Shown here in pieces: positions 12,196 to 23,469 of a DNA stretch of 64,000 nt. Location: NCBI GenBank assembly GCA_964188305.1, contig OZ076888.1. One strand, 5' to 3'. A program made the translations under genes and the position numbers. Below the pieces are notes generated by a model. That model worked only from the letters and a program-made list of their open reading frames with translations, was not told where the DNA came from and ran no database searches. Origin of the DNA: Podarcis bocagei (Eukaryota). The stretch's first letter is position 1. The number at the start of each line of letters is the position of its first letter.

Positions 12196-14382
12196 CTAAA
12201 GATATTATTACAAAATACATGTTTTAAATGCATGCATATTATTTCAATGTATACATTTCTAAATGTATTTCATTCTAAATTACATATATCAACATATTTT
12301 GATGCATTTTTGAGCTGAGAACTATATTGCAAAGTTCAGAGAAGTTTAAACTCTGAAGGAGAATTGTCCTTAGTTCTGTACTGCACTCCAGGAGTTGCAC
12401 TGGAATTCTGCATTGGAATCCACACAGAAATGAAATTCTTCAAACATCCCCACATGCAAGAAGAATATACTTTTTTTTTACATTTTATTACTGAGATCTT
12501 TCCCAGTCGCTAATCTTGAACTTGGCTTCAGTTAGGCACTTTTGGATGCCAGCCATATAATTATTTAACTGATGACTAGATCAAAAACATGCTTTAACTC
12601 ACGAGAGTCAAGCATTCCTTCCAGCATCTCAAAATGAAAGGGAGCACTCCTGCAATCCTAGTTCTCCTTTAGTCCATACAGATGGACAAAGTACCTCAGG
12701 CTAAGCCCTCTCACTCCAAGATAGTTGGGTCATCTATCATCCTGCCAAGGGCTAAGGAGAATGTTATTACACATCAGGAGCAGATGCATGGAGAAATGAA
12801 CAGGGAAAGATCATCTGCATCCACTCTGCCTTCTGCCACTCACACCCATTTCTTTAAGCAGTTCAGAAAGCAGTGAGTTCTCCAGCTTTGATGGATAGCT
12901 TTTAACTTGAGGTGTGATGGACAAGAGCAGCTTCTTTGTAAAAACAACAACAACTAGCCGCTTTAGAAAGTTCCTTACAGTTTTTCACAGATGCCGAGGC
13001 ACCTTACAAACCATTTCAACTGCTCAGTTGGGATAATCAAAACACTTCATTTGCAAAACCTCTCTCTAAAACCCAGCAAAAATAAACAAGATTCACTGTA
13101 GTTCCATTTAAGAAATCTATCTAGCATCGGCAGGCCACACAATTCCAACTGACATCAGTGTCAAATGTCTTGAGTAGTTGTTGCAAAATTGAACCATTTC
13201 CACAGTGAGCGAATCAACTTTCTTCCTTTGACTCTCATTAAACTGTGTGCTCCATTTCCCGGCAAGTTTTCCTTTCAACAGCTGTATCGATTCAACTGCA
13301 CATGATAAATTCCATACAAAAGAATGCATGTTGGAGATCAAATGGGAATCCCCCAACCAGTTCCATTACCTTTCAAGCTCCAACGCTGACTGTGGGTGGA
13401 ACTCTAAGTGAACATCTGAGACAATGCTTCCAGCCGCTCCCAACTTTGTTGATTATCTGCCCAGCCAAACTTGGGTTTTTGGTTCTCAGAAATTCAGCAA
13501 CATGCTCTATTGATAAAAGACTTCTATGATCCTGATTCCCTTCTTCCAACATTCTTGCCATAATATCATATTTTTCAACTTGATATCCCCAAGAGTAAGG
13601 CATGGTTTCAAAAGCCCCAGGAATGGGCTGCTTAACTTAGGATATTGCCTCCAGATCTGTTACTGAATTGTAGCAACATTTGCTCTGTATATTTCTTGGA
13701 AGCACCCAGCTGTAGACTTTAACTCTTGAAGAATAGCAAAAGAAAAGATGCAGCTCTCAAAAACCATCTAAATAACTTTATTATCACAATATTACACAAG
13801 AAGCTTTTAAGTACTTTTCTATATAGTTACTTCTGCAAAATTGGTTTTGTTATTATTGAAGTGTTTATTATTACTCATTTATTTGAATTTGTATACTATG
13901 ATTGAAGATGTGGCTTTTTAATAAAGCTTTGGCTGATTAAATAACTTTTGGCTTGGTTTAGGTTGAGTTTTAGTGTCTGCTGGATTTATTCATTTGTGTG
14001 CTATTTTACTGGAATTAGTTTGAAATGTTCTTTGTTTTATATTGCATTATTATGTACAGTGGTGCCCCGCAAGACGAAATTAATTCGTTCCGCAAGTTTT
14101 GTCGTCTAGCGAATTTTTCGTCTTGCGAATCACGAAATCCCATAGGAATGCATTGAAAATCAATTAATGCGTTCCTATGGTCAAAAAAAGTCCAAACAAA
14201 GCCAAATTTGGTACAACAACAGTTTATTAACTGCTCTTTAAAGTCACACATACTGTAAAGAGCAGTTCAAAAATTGAAGGGAAAATAAATTAACTTTATA
14301 AACATGACAGAAAAACATTTAAAAATCAACAAAGTGTACAGTACATTTTCTAAGACTCTGGGGGACAACTCGAAGAAGGCTC

Positions 14383-15592
14383 CTATTCCACTCTTTGCTT
14401 CTTGCTCAAGAACCTGTCCATAGTCTGCTGCTTCATCCGCCTTTTCAGCACCTCCCTGAAAGGCGACATGACACTCGTATCAAAAATGTTCCCAACGTCA
14501 TGTGCCACGTGCTTCTCAGGGTGGTGCTGCTCTGCAAAAGTCTGCACCTCCTTCCACTTCAGGCAAATGTCCCTCAGTTTTTCGGAGGACAGCCGTTCCT
14601 CAGTTGCTTCCTCCTCTTCCAGTGAGGCCTGCTCCTGCACAGCCTCTGCCTGCAGTTCGACCAGCTCCACGGTGGTCAGCTCATTGTCGTGCTCCTCCAC
14701 CAGCTCGCAGACGTCCTCCTCCGTGACCTCCAGGCCCATGGTCCTCTCCAAGGCAACAATGTCCTGCACCACTGTTGACTCTGGTGCATCAGAGTCACTT
14801 GGTGCCACACAGTCCGGCCACAGGCTGCGCCAAGCGCAATTCAAATTTCTCTGGCTGATCCCGTTCCAGGCCGTGGTGATCATCTTCAAGCAGGTGACGA
14901 TGTCGAAGTGGTCCTTCCAGAATTCCTGCAGGGTGATGGTGGTGCAGTCAGTCACCTCGAAGCATCGCCTGAAAAGCTCCTTGGTGTAGAGTTTTTTGAA
15001 ATTGGCGATGACCTGCTGATCCATCGGCTGGAGCAGTGGCGTGGTGTTAGGCGGCAGGAACATGATGTTGATGAAGCTGAACTCCTCCAACAAGTCCACC
15101 TCAAGGCCTTTAGGATGGGCAGGAGCATTGTCCATCAGAAGCAAAGCCTTCAGCAGCAGGTCGTTGTCCAGCAGGTACTGCTTGACAGCAGGGCCAAAAG
15201 CAAGATTGACCCAGTCCACAAACAGCACACATGTGACCCAAGCCTTGCTGTTGGATCGCCACATGACACTCAGCCGCTCCTTGTCGATCTTGTGTCTCTT
15301 GAAGGCCCGTGGGTTCTCTGAGTGGTACACCAGCAGGGGCTTGATCTTCAGGTCGCCGCTTGCGTTGGCACAGAAGAGCAGGGTCAGACGGTCCTTCATG
15401 GGCTTGTGGCCAGGCAACTTGGCCTCCTCCTGTGTGATGAAAGTCCTTTTGGGCATCCTCTTCCAAAACAGCCCAGTCTCGTCGCAGTTGAAGACCTGCT
15501 GTGGAACGTAGCCCTCCGTCTTCACAACCTCCAGGAACTCCGCTGCAAAGTCTTCAGCCGCAGAAACATCAGAACTGGCAGCCTCTCCATGC
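14383..15592 (-). pseudogene. Tigger transposase catalytic domain, N-terminally truncated
   Basis: Uninterrupted frame of about 400 codons from HGEAASSD, with VFNCDETG, LLMDNAPAH and QPMDQQVI (DDD triad). The CENP-B/HTH N-terminus is absent, and the track start at 15639 is a TTG inside the tandem repeat. Confidence 0.9.
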
Positions 15593-16076
15593 CAGAAAAA
15601 AACACACAAGCTTCCAGATTCTTGCAAACCGCTCCCCAACTGTTCCCCCAGCCACCCAGCACACAGAAATTCAAATCCAGATTTTTTTTAAAAAAAGAGC
15701 AGAGTGGCCCAATGGTCACAGAAAATCATAAAAATGCAGAAAAAAACACACAAGCTTCCAGATTCTTGCAAACCCCTCCCCAACTGTTCCCCCAGCCACC
15801 CATCACACAGAAATTCAAATCCAGAATTTTTTTAAAAAAAGAGCAGAGTGGCCCAATGGTCACAGCAAATCATAAAAATGCAGAAAAAAACACACAAGCT
15901 TCCAGATTCTTGCAAACCCCTCCCCAACTGTTCCCCCAGCCACACAGCACACAGAAATTCAAATCCAGAAATTTTTTTGAAAAAACAGCAGAGTGCCCCA
16001 ATGGTCACAAAAAATCATAAAAATGCAGAAAAAAACACACAAGCTTCCAGATTCTTGCAAACCCCTCCCCAACACC
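15593..16076. repeat. 144-bp tandem repeat, about 3.3 copies, inside the Tigger element
   Basis: CAAGCTTCCAGATTCTTGCAAACC recurs at 15607, 15751, 15895 and 16040 (spacing 144, 144, 145). Confidence 0.95.
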
Positions 16077-17415
16077 AAGTCCTTGAATTTCAAACACCCC
16101 AACCCAAAATCCAAAACCCCCCAAAAATGTTTTAAAAACTTAACTTACCAAATGGCTGCAAAAGAAGTTCTGGAAAAGCTTCAAAAATCACCAAAGTCTT
16201 TAAAAACCTCAAAAAAGGCTACTATGTACACTGCGTTCTATGAGTTGCTCCTCGAAGTCAAGTCGCAACTGTATTAACAGTGTTAAGAAAAAGGAAACAA
16301 ACTTGCAAGACGTTTTTGTCTTGCGAAGCAAGCCCATAGGGAAATTCGTCTTGCGAGGCAACTCGAAAACGGAAAAACCTTTCGTCTAGCGAGTTTTTTG
16401 TCTTGCGAGGCATTCGTCTTGCGAGGTACCACTGTAATATGTTAGCCACCTTGCATTTCCATGAAATGTAAGTGGGATAGAAATTGTCTGAATGAATGAA
16501 TAAGTGATACTATGGGAATAGTTAAAGTAACTCTATATTTTATGATGAAATATTAGTTAGAAAATAATCTTTGTTATGTGGTGACGCTCTAATTGTTTGT
16601 TGGCCCCTTTGACAAATATGAAATCTGTATAATATGCTTATGCTCTCTCTTTTTGTTATATCATTTTGTTATATCATTATCTTGTATTCAACTTTGGGGG
16701 ATTTTTTGTTTTTCTAAATTTTTTACTTATCTGAAAATTAAGTAATTTAAAAAACAAACAAACAAACCACATTCTTTTATGCAAAATTCTCATCAATAAC
16801 TACGAAAATATAAAACACAAGTAGAATTTTGGTAGACGTAGGTTTGTCTATTGTTTTATTAATTCTATTCCAGCCCTATTTTCTTATTATTATGTGGTCG
16901 TGGGAAGTTTCAAAAGCCGTTTTTTGTTTTGTTTTCGTTAAGGGCATTGCTGAAGAGAAAACAGTCAGACAATCGTCGGTGCCTGTGAAGCTACGTCGTT
17001 TGAAATCCATCCCTCTTTATTTCAGCATCCACTTTACCTGGCAAAAGCTGGCATGGAACTTAATGAAACATCTATAAATGTAATGTGGAACTTGAAAGAT
17101 TAAGATCAACAGGTTTGCCTTCACACAGAGTAAGCTCTTTATATATATAAAGAAATCCAGCGAAGAGAGAGCATTATCTCAGAACAGTTGGTGAGATTTA
17201 CTATGGTTTTGACTTTCTAATCAAGGATACATGTCGCTTTCAGACATGTCGATTTTCCCTACAAATCTCTCATATTTAGAGGTGCTTTTATCAATGAGAA
17301 GGATGAGGCTTATATATATCATGACTGGTCTGCGTCATGTTTTACCAGTTGCCTCTCCCCAAAAACATTTGTAAACGTCATTTGCCTTTTATGTGAAGTG
17401 CTAATGTGTAACCTT

Positions 17416-17737
17416 GGGACATAGGTGGTGCTGTAGGTTAAACCACAGAACCCAGGACTTGCCGATCAGAAGGTGGGCGGTTCGAATCCCCGCGACAGGG
17501 TGAGATCCCGTTGCTCAATCCCTGCTCCTGCCAACCTAGCAGTTCAAAAGCACGTCAATGTGCAAGTAGATAAATAGGTACCGCTCCGGCAGGAAGGTAA
17601 ACGGCATTTCCGTGTGCTGCTCTGGTTCGCCAGAAGCGGCTTAGTCATGCTGGCCACATACCCGGAAGCTGTATGCCGGCTCCCTCTGCCAGTAAAGCAA
17701 GATCACGACTGGACCTAATGGACAGGGGTCCCTTTAC
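17416..17737 (+). mobile_element. Sauria SINE
   Basis: GGGAC..GGTGG(C/T)GCTGT..GTTAAACCACAG head, GGTTCGAATCC B box, ..GGGGTCCCTTTACC end, and a 15-bp TSD CTAATGTGTAACCTT (17401-17415, 17738-17752). Confidence 0.92.
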
Positions 17738-20700
17738 CTAATGTGTAACCTTTTTGCATTTCATTGGGTGGACAAACATAGGGTTGATATTATTATTTAT
17801 TAAGTTTATAGCACTCACCTTCCTCCAAAATTGCCCAGGACATACATTTCTAATGCCTGCATAAGAGTGGAATAATAAGGTTATCATGTTTTAGCGATGC
17901 CATTATAACATCAAACCTTTAAGTTGATGGGAGTCCTGCACCTTTGTTAACTATGTTCAATGAGAAGAAGCAGATTGCACAGGGACCTACTTTCCATATC
18001 AGTATAAATTTAAGAAAGAAAAATAACTATCATTATTAGAGAGGGATGCAACCTGTTAAAAATACCTCCACATGTTAAATTTACCTTGTGGAGCCTGAAT
18101 TTTCTTTTCTCTTCCTAGCATGGGTCTTGACTCTCTTTCCTACTTCAGCTCCAGGAGGGATCTTCCTTGATCTTCTTGTTGCACCTTTCATTTTCCATTG
18201 TATATTTCACACTTCTCTCTTCCTCACTAAAAAGACGAATTGGTTATTCTCACATAGCATCCTACAGTAAAGCTTCTCATCCCAAGGCAAAATGTGAAAT
18301 TCTTTGCTGGAGAGTCCTTGGGTTCTCCAAGCGTGCCTCTTGTGAACTGCGTGATTGGAATTGCAGTCCCTCTCTATATGACCTTAGTGTTTTTACTGGC
18401 AAAAGGATGACTTTGTGTTGCTTTGTATTTGTGTTGCTGAAGGATTTTAATGCTATCTGGGGTCATTGTGGTGCTTGTAAATGTAGTTGCTGCTCTCCTA
18501 GCCATGGTGTTCTTAGTGAATTACATTTCTATCTCGCCTTTTCTCCAAGGAGTTTAAAGTGGCATTAGCTGTTCTCCCATGACACGTCTTATCCTATGGG
18601 AAGCCTGTGACGTAGGTAACTGAGAAATGATAGCTGGTCCAAGGTCACTGAGTGAGCTTCATGGCTGGCTGGAGACACTTTTAAGAACTATACCGCACTG
18701 GCTTAGTTCCTACTGACCACAGCTCCTAGCAATCTGTAGTGGAGGCAGAACTGTAGACCTTTTCTTGGTAGTGTGCTTGCTTCTTATGGGTGGAAGGTAC
18801 AATTAGGCAACACTGGCATGGCATAACCATAGTGGTCATCTGTTGATTGGGGCCTTCAGTATGTAGCTAATATGGGATGGAGCCAGGACGACTCTTTTGA
18901 TTGTTTCTTGTTGATAAAATTGTTTGGGACTCTGTAGGAGTGGTCACATCTATTGGTACAATCACTCTCTTTTCAACTTGCATTCTTGTACTTTTGGTGT
19001 TGCTGTTGCACAGGATATCACCTAATAAAAATGATCTAAGCACTGGCCATTTTAGCTGGACTCCTGCTTCTTCTGTTCTATCTTCCACCACACTACTAGC
19101 TGAAAGCAGTGTATGTGTGTTTAAAACCATGCCTTGGATTCTCTAAAATTTTGAAATTGCAAGAATTTGTGTGTTATAATCCAGTAACTGTTGAAATGGC
19201 ACAAATCCCCTTTAATTGAATAAATTTGCTGAAAAGCTTCATTGATGTAATGGTTTTATAAGTCATTTAACTAGAAAAGATTTTGCTCTTTAAGCCAGCT
19301 GTAACTTGCCCTGAGCATTGTATGAATTCTTCAGCAGAACAGATAGCTTTTTTTATTTGGTTGAACGTGATGTTCAGTAGTTTTGTTTATCAATGTAGAA
19401 AAACATGTCTCAACACAGTCGGTACTGTACTTCTGTCTTCATGAAAACCATCCTTCTGTCTACCACACTAATAATCCCGATAGATTAAAATTTATCAAAC
19501 TGTAGTCCTAAAATTCATATCTAACTGAAACTGAAATACTTTTTGACGCCTCCAAAACTTGGAAGCTGACGTAATATATTATGCATGTGTGTGTCTGGAT
19601 ATATAAAATAAGCATTCTATTGCTTATGGTTGAGGTTTTTATGTAATAACGTAGATAAAACCATCAAGAAGGGTGAGACATTCTAATTAACCCTAGGTTT
19701 TGGGATAGCTCCAAGTTTGCAGTTTTCTTTCAGCCTAGTTGCACCAGGTGCCTAACAGAGGCTCTGAGACTGGGCAGAACCAAATGTTACAAGGAACAAT
19801 GAGCAGCCTTTCTTTAATGTCATGTTTTAAGACTTAGCCCTTTCCTGGACAGGAGCCTGCCCCATTCCTTGCATGGAGAAGCTCTGGCAAAGTGGCATTA
19901 GTTTGTTGGTAACATTAGATCTGAAATACAGTGAAACGTTTGGCTGGCAAAACAAATCCAAGATCCAAGCTACATGAGCCATGGGAGATCTGTGATAAGC
20001 TCTCACAATGTCCTTAATTTTCCGTAAAATATCAGCCATGGGGCATATTAATTAGAGCACTGGTTTGGGTATTTTCCCATTCATTTTTCAGTTTACATCA
20101 TGGCTGCCATTGCTCTAGGCACTATTAACTGTGGCATATTAATGACATATACAACATGGGCAATTTAAATAGGGGAAGCAGCCTAAGGAAAATGGGTTAT
20201 TTCTCCCTCAACTTGGCTTCTGGGGAGCAGCAGCAGCAGGAAAGGGCTATCTTCATGCTTCACTTATGGACCGCCCCTTTTAGACACTGTGTAGAGTTGC
20301 TATATGTCCTCTTTTTCCAGGATAGACACCCTCTTTTTCATGGGTAGAGTTGGCATAGCGATCCATACTTAAAAGTAGACGTTGGCAAATGTGCCCTCTT
20401 TTTTGCTGTTCAAAATATGGCAACCCTACCTACAGGAAACAGAATACTAAACTAGCTGGACCTTTGGTCTGATCTGGAAGGGCCATCCTTGTTTTCCAAA
20501 CTATGCGTAAGAAATATGTTCTTCTAATGTGAAGGGTTTTAAAGAAAAGATTTGCAAAGGCTTTTCCTGCTTGTTGATATACCTGTTCATCACTTTATGT
20601 ACTCCTTGTTGGAGCAAAAAAGTTTCTAACAAATTGTATTTTGGAAGAATTAGGAATGAAATTATGCATGATCGTGTTCACAAACTATTTTGAAAGTATT

Positions 20701-22599
20701 CAGGCATGCACACTCTTTCTCTCTCTCTCTCTCACACACAAAATATGCTCTCTAGGTGAATTTTAATAACTAGCTGCTTGTTAATTGTGCTATTTTAATG
20801 GTAAAATCTCACCACCACAGAATAGCAGGACTGATAACTGATCAGCTCCACATCTGGTTAAAGCAGATTTCTGCTTTGTCTTTTCTATCTTGCTATGGAG
20901 CTAATACATTGACTTAACCAAAGAGCAAGGAGAACACAGGTTTTTCTAATGCTATTGTTCGCTCTCTTGTATAAATGGCATGATATTCATTAATGAGACC
21001 CTTTGAAGTTACCTCTAAAGGTGTCCTGGGGAGTCAATTTTCAAGGAATTCCTAATGGAAACCGCAGATATCTGAGAATGAGGCCCACATCACCTTAACA
21101 AGGCCTGCATGAATCATTTAGAGGAGGAGGTGACATGACACATTGCAGTGTTTTTCCTTGTTAAAGCTATTGGCACCAAGCGACAGGCACCTACGCAGGG
21201 CAACAATAGAAGCAATCTGGTCTGCCACAGTCCTGTGACACCAGATTTCTTAAGACGTTCCCTGCTGATATTGGTTAGTTTAATCCCTAAAGATTTATAA
21301 AAGTGTCCTAGAGACCTAGAAAATGGAGGCGACAGCAGGCTGAAGCAATACATTTGCCCCTGACATATGTCTTACAGACAACCCCTTAGTTACTAACCCA
21401 TCTGCTAAACTTCCTAACATTTGTCATTGTCTTGCACTGGAAATCAGAGCTCCACACGGATCTCTTCCTCCCACCCCACAACTGAGCTGAACTATATTTA
21501 AGATTTGTTTCAGGGTGTTGTCCGAACGGGGGATGCGGTTAAGCTGTCTCCTTAACCACAATCTGCAACACAATCTGCACTGAGCTACAAAATAGGAGGA
21601 CTGGGGAGGAGTCACCCAGCAGCAACCCTCTTCCCGTGAGCCAGTGCACTTACGCTAATCCCTGAATTACCTTAACATTCAATGGGAACATGGGCATTCA
21701 TTCTATTTGTAGTTGTTTTTATTGTGGTTTTATTTCTTAGATGATTTATTTTATCATTTTTGTTTTTGCTGTCCAGAGCTCCTTTGGAAAGAAAGGTGGG
21801 GCATCAATTTAATAATGAATGAGCAAAAACATTTCTTGTCTTCAAACACTTTTTCAACTGAAATTTCCAGGCAGGATTTAGGCATGGAGGATGAGTTGTT
21901 GGGTACAATCCTGCTGATGGTTATCTACACTGGCTACATGGGAAGCAGGTGCATTTCCAAGCACAATTTAAAGCACAGGTTACTATCCTGTTTCGAACCA
22001 GGTTTTCTAAAGGAATGCTTGCAAATGTACAAGTCTTCCTGGGCTTTAAGATCAGCCATAGGTGTAACTACATTCCCATTCCCCCCTCCCAAAATCTTCT
22101 CCAGAAGGTGCCCCAGCCCACCCCTAAAGCTGATTTTGAGGGCACTTAGTGATCAGAGGTGGGGAAAATTCTATTCCATTAGCAGAATTCTGGGCAGAAT
22201 GAGAGCACTGGATACCACCTTGTGGACCAAACCTTCCTGTGTTAAACAGATTAAGTCTGAAGGAGGCTCCTATGCATGTTTGCTTGAATGCAAGAAGCCT
22301 CCAAGTGATTGGGAACCTGCTTTATCAAGGCTCCTGATCACAAAAGGTTCTACTATTATTATTCTGCCCATGTTCAAGTGAATGTGGGAAGATAGCTCCC
22401 TTTGCATAAGAATGTCAAGGTGGGGTGGGTGTGAGGGGATGTTGGGGACAGCAACCCATATCTCCTACCTGGGTTGATAATTCTACAGCCCAGATAATTC
22501 AGAAAAACAGTCTGCGTTGACACAATCTGTACTTTTCTGCACTTAGTTTCCTTTCTGACTTCCTGGTTTACAATTCCTTCACCCTGACTGCGAATGAAA

Positions 22600-22682
22600 A
22601 CATATGTAATAAATAAATGTGTTAGCCTTTAAGATGCCATAAGACTTTTCCTTTGCTGGAGGACACTAACATGGGCAACTCT
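22600..22682 (+). mobile_element. Old Penelope-like remnant
   Basis: AATAAATGTGTTAGCCTTTAAGATGCCA...ACACTAACATGG resembles the 3' part of the repeats at 8.7 and 54 kb. Confidence 0.4.
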
Positions 22683-22691
22683 CCAGGAATA

Positions 22692-23059
22692 TAAAGGTAA
22701 AAAGGTAAAGGACCCCTGGACAGTTAAGTCCAGTCAAAGGTGACTATGGGGTTGCAGCGCTCATCTTGTTTTTAGTCTGGGAGAGCTGGCATTTGTCCAC
22801 AGACAGCTTTCCAGGTCATGTGGCCAGCATGACTAATCTGCTTCTGGCACAATGGGACACTGTGACGGAAACCAGAGCATGTGGAAATGGCGTTTCCTCC
22901 ACAGCGGTACCTATTTATCTACTTGCACTGCTATGCTTTCAAACTGCTAGGTTAGCAGGAGCTGGGACAGAACAACGGGAGCTCACCCTGATGTGGGGAT
23001 TTGAACTGCTGATCTTCTGATTGGCAAGCCCAAGAGGCTCAATGGTTTAGACCACAGCG
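22692..23059 (-). mobile_element. Sauria SINE
   Basis: (AAAGGT)n tail on the plus strand, with a body matching the reverse complement of the other Sauria SINEs. Confidence 0.88.
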
Positions 23060-23469
23060 AATATCTTGTGTTGGAAATCATGACATCAGAAAATGCAGGG
23101 CTGGTGTAGGCTACAGTTGAACTTACTACATCCATCACATTATTAATGCAACTGAAACACACACTGCAAGGAGCAACAGAAGACCTACTGCTTAAAATGA
23201 ACTGAAATGACTTGCTTACTTCATGACTACTCTTTTTATTTTCTTACAAAATTGCTGCTTTTATCCATTTTTCAGGTTTATGATTGAGAAGCTAAGTACA
23301 AATACTACTCTCAAAATTCCCAGACAATTTATGCCACCCATTTGCATCACTGATAATCAAACTTGTGTTAGTTAATTTTTCACAGTATGAATATTACAAA
23401 CCTTGAAGTGGATTTTAAATCCTTGCTGCACTGAATGTTTTAGAATGACCAGACATATGGCTGTGGCTA

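Larger units (their letters stand above)
14057..16434 (-). mobile_element. Tigger/pogo-family DNA transposon, internally rearranged (2378 bp)
   Basis: 22-bp TIRs CAGTGGT(G/A)CC(C/T)CGCAAGACGAA, TA TSDs at 14055-14056 and 16435-16436, repeated subterminal TCGTCTTGCGA motifs, and an internal DDE_1 transposase frame. Confidence 0.95.

Noticed and set aside
13100-13740. Possible minus-strand exon ending at AAG|gtaatg (about 13370)
   Set aside because: No single frame stays open from a good acceptor, and I recognise no homology.
15322-16020. 232-aa plus-strand ORF with a 48-aa repeat
   Set aside because: It is antisense to the transposase and simply reads through the 144-bp array. It has no ATG start and no domain I recognise.
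14057-16434. Domesticated TIGD1-like gene, or a CRISPR-like array
   Set aside because: TIRs and TA TSDs are intact and the DNA-binding domain is missing, so it is a TE copy. The repeats are contiguous with no unique spacers, and the DNA is eukaryotic.
21713-22381. 222-aa plus-strand ORF
   Set aside because: It starts at TTG, spans degraded L2/SINE debris, and has no recognisable domain or splice structure.
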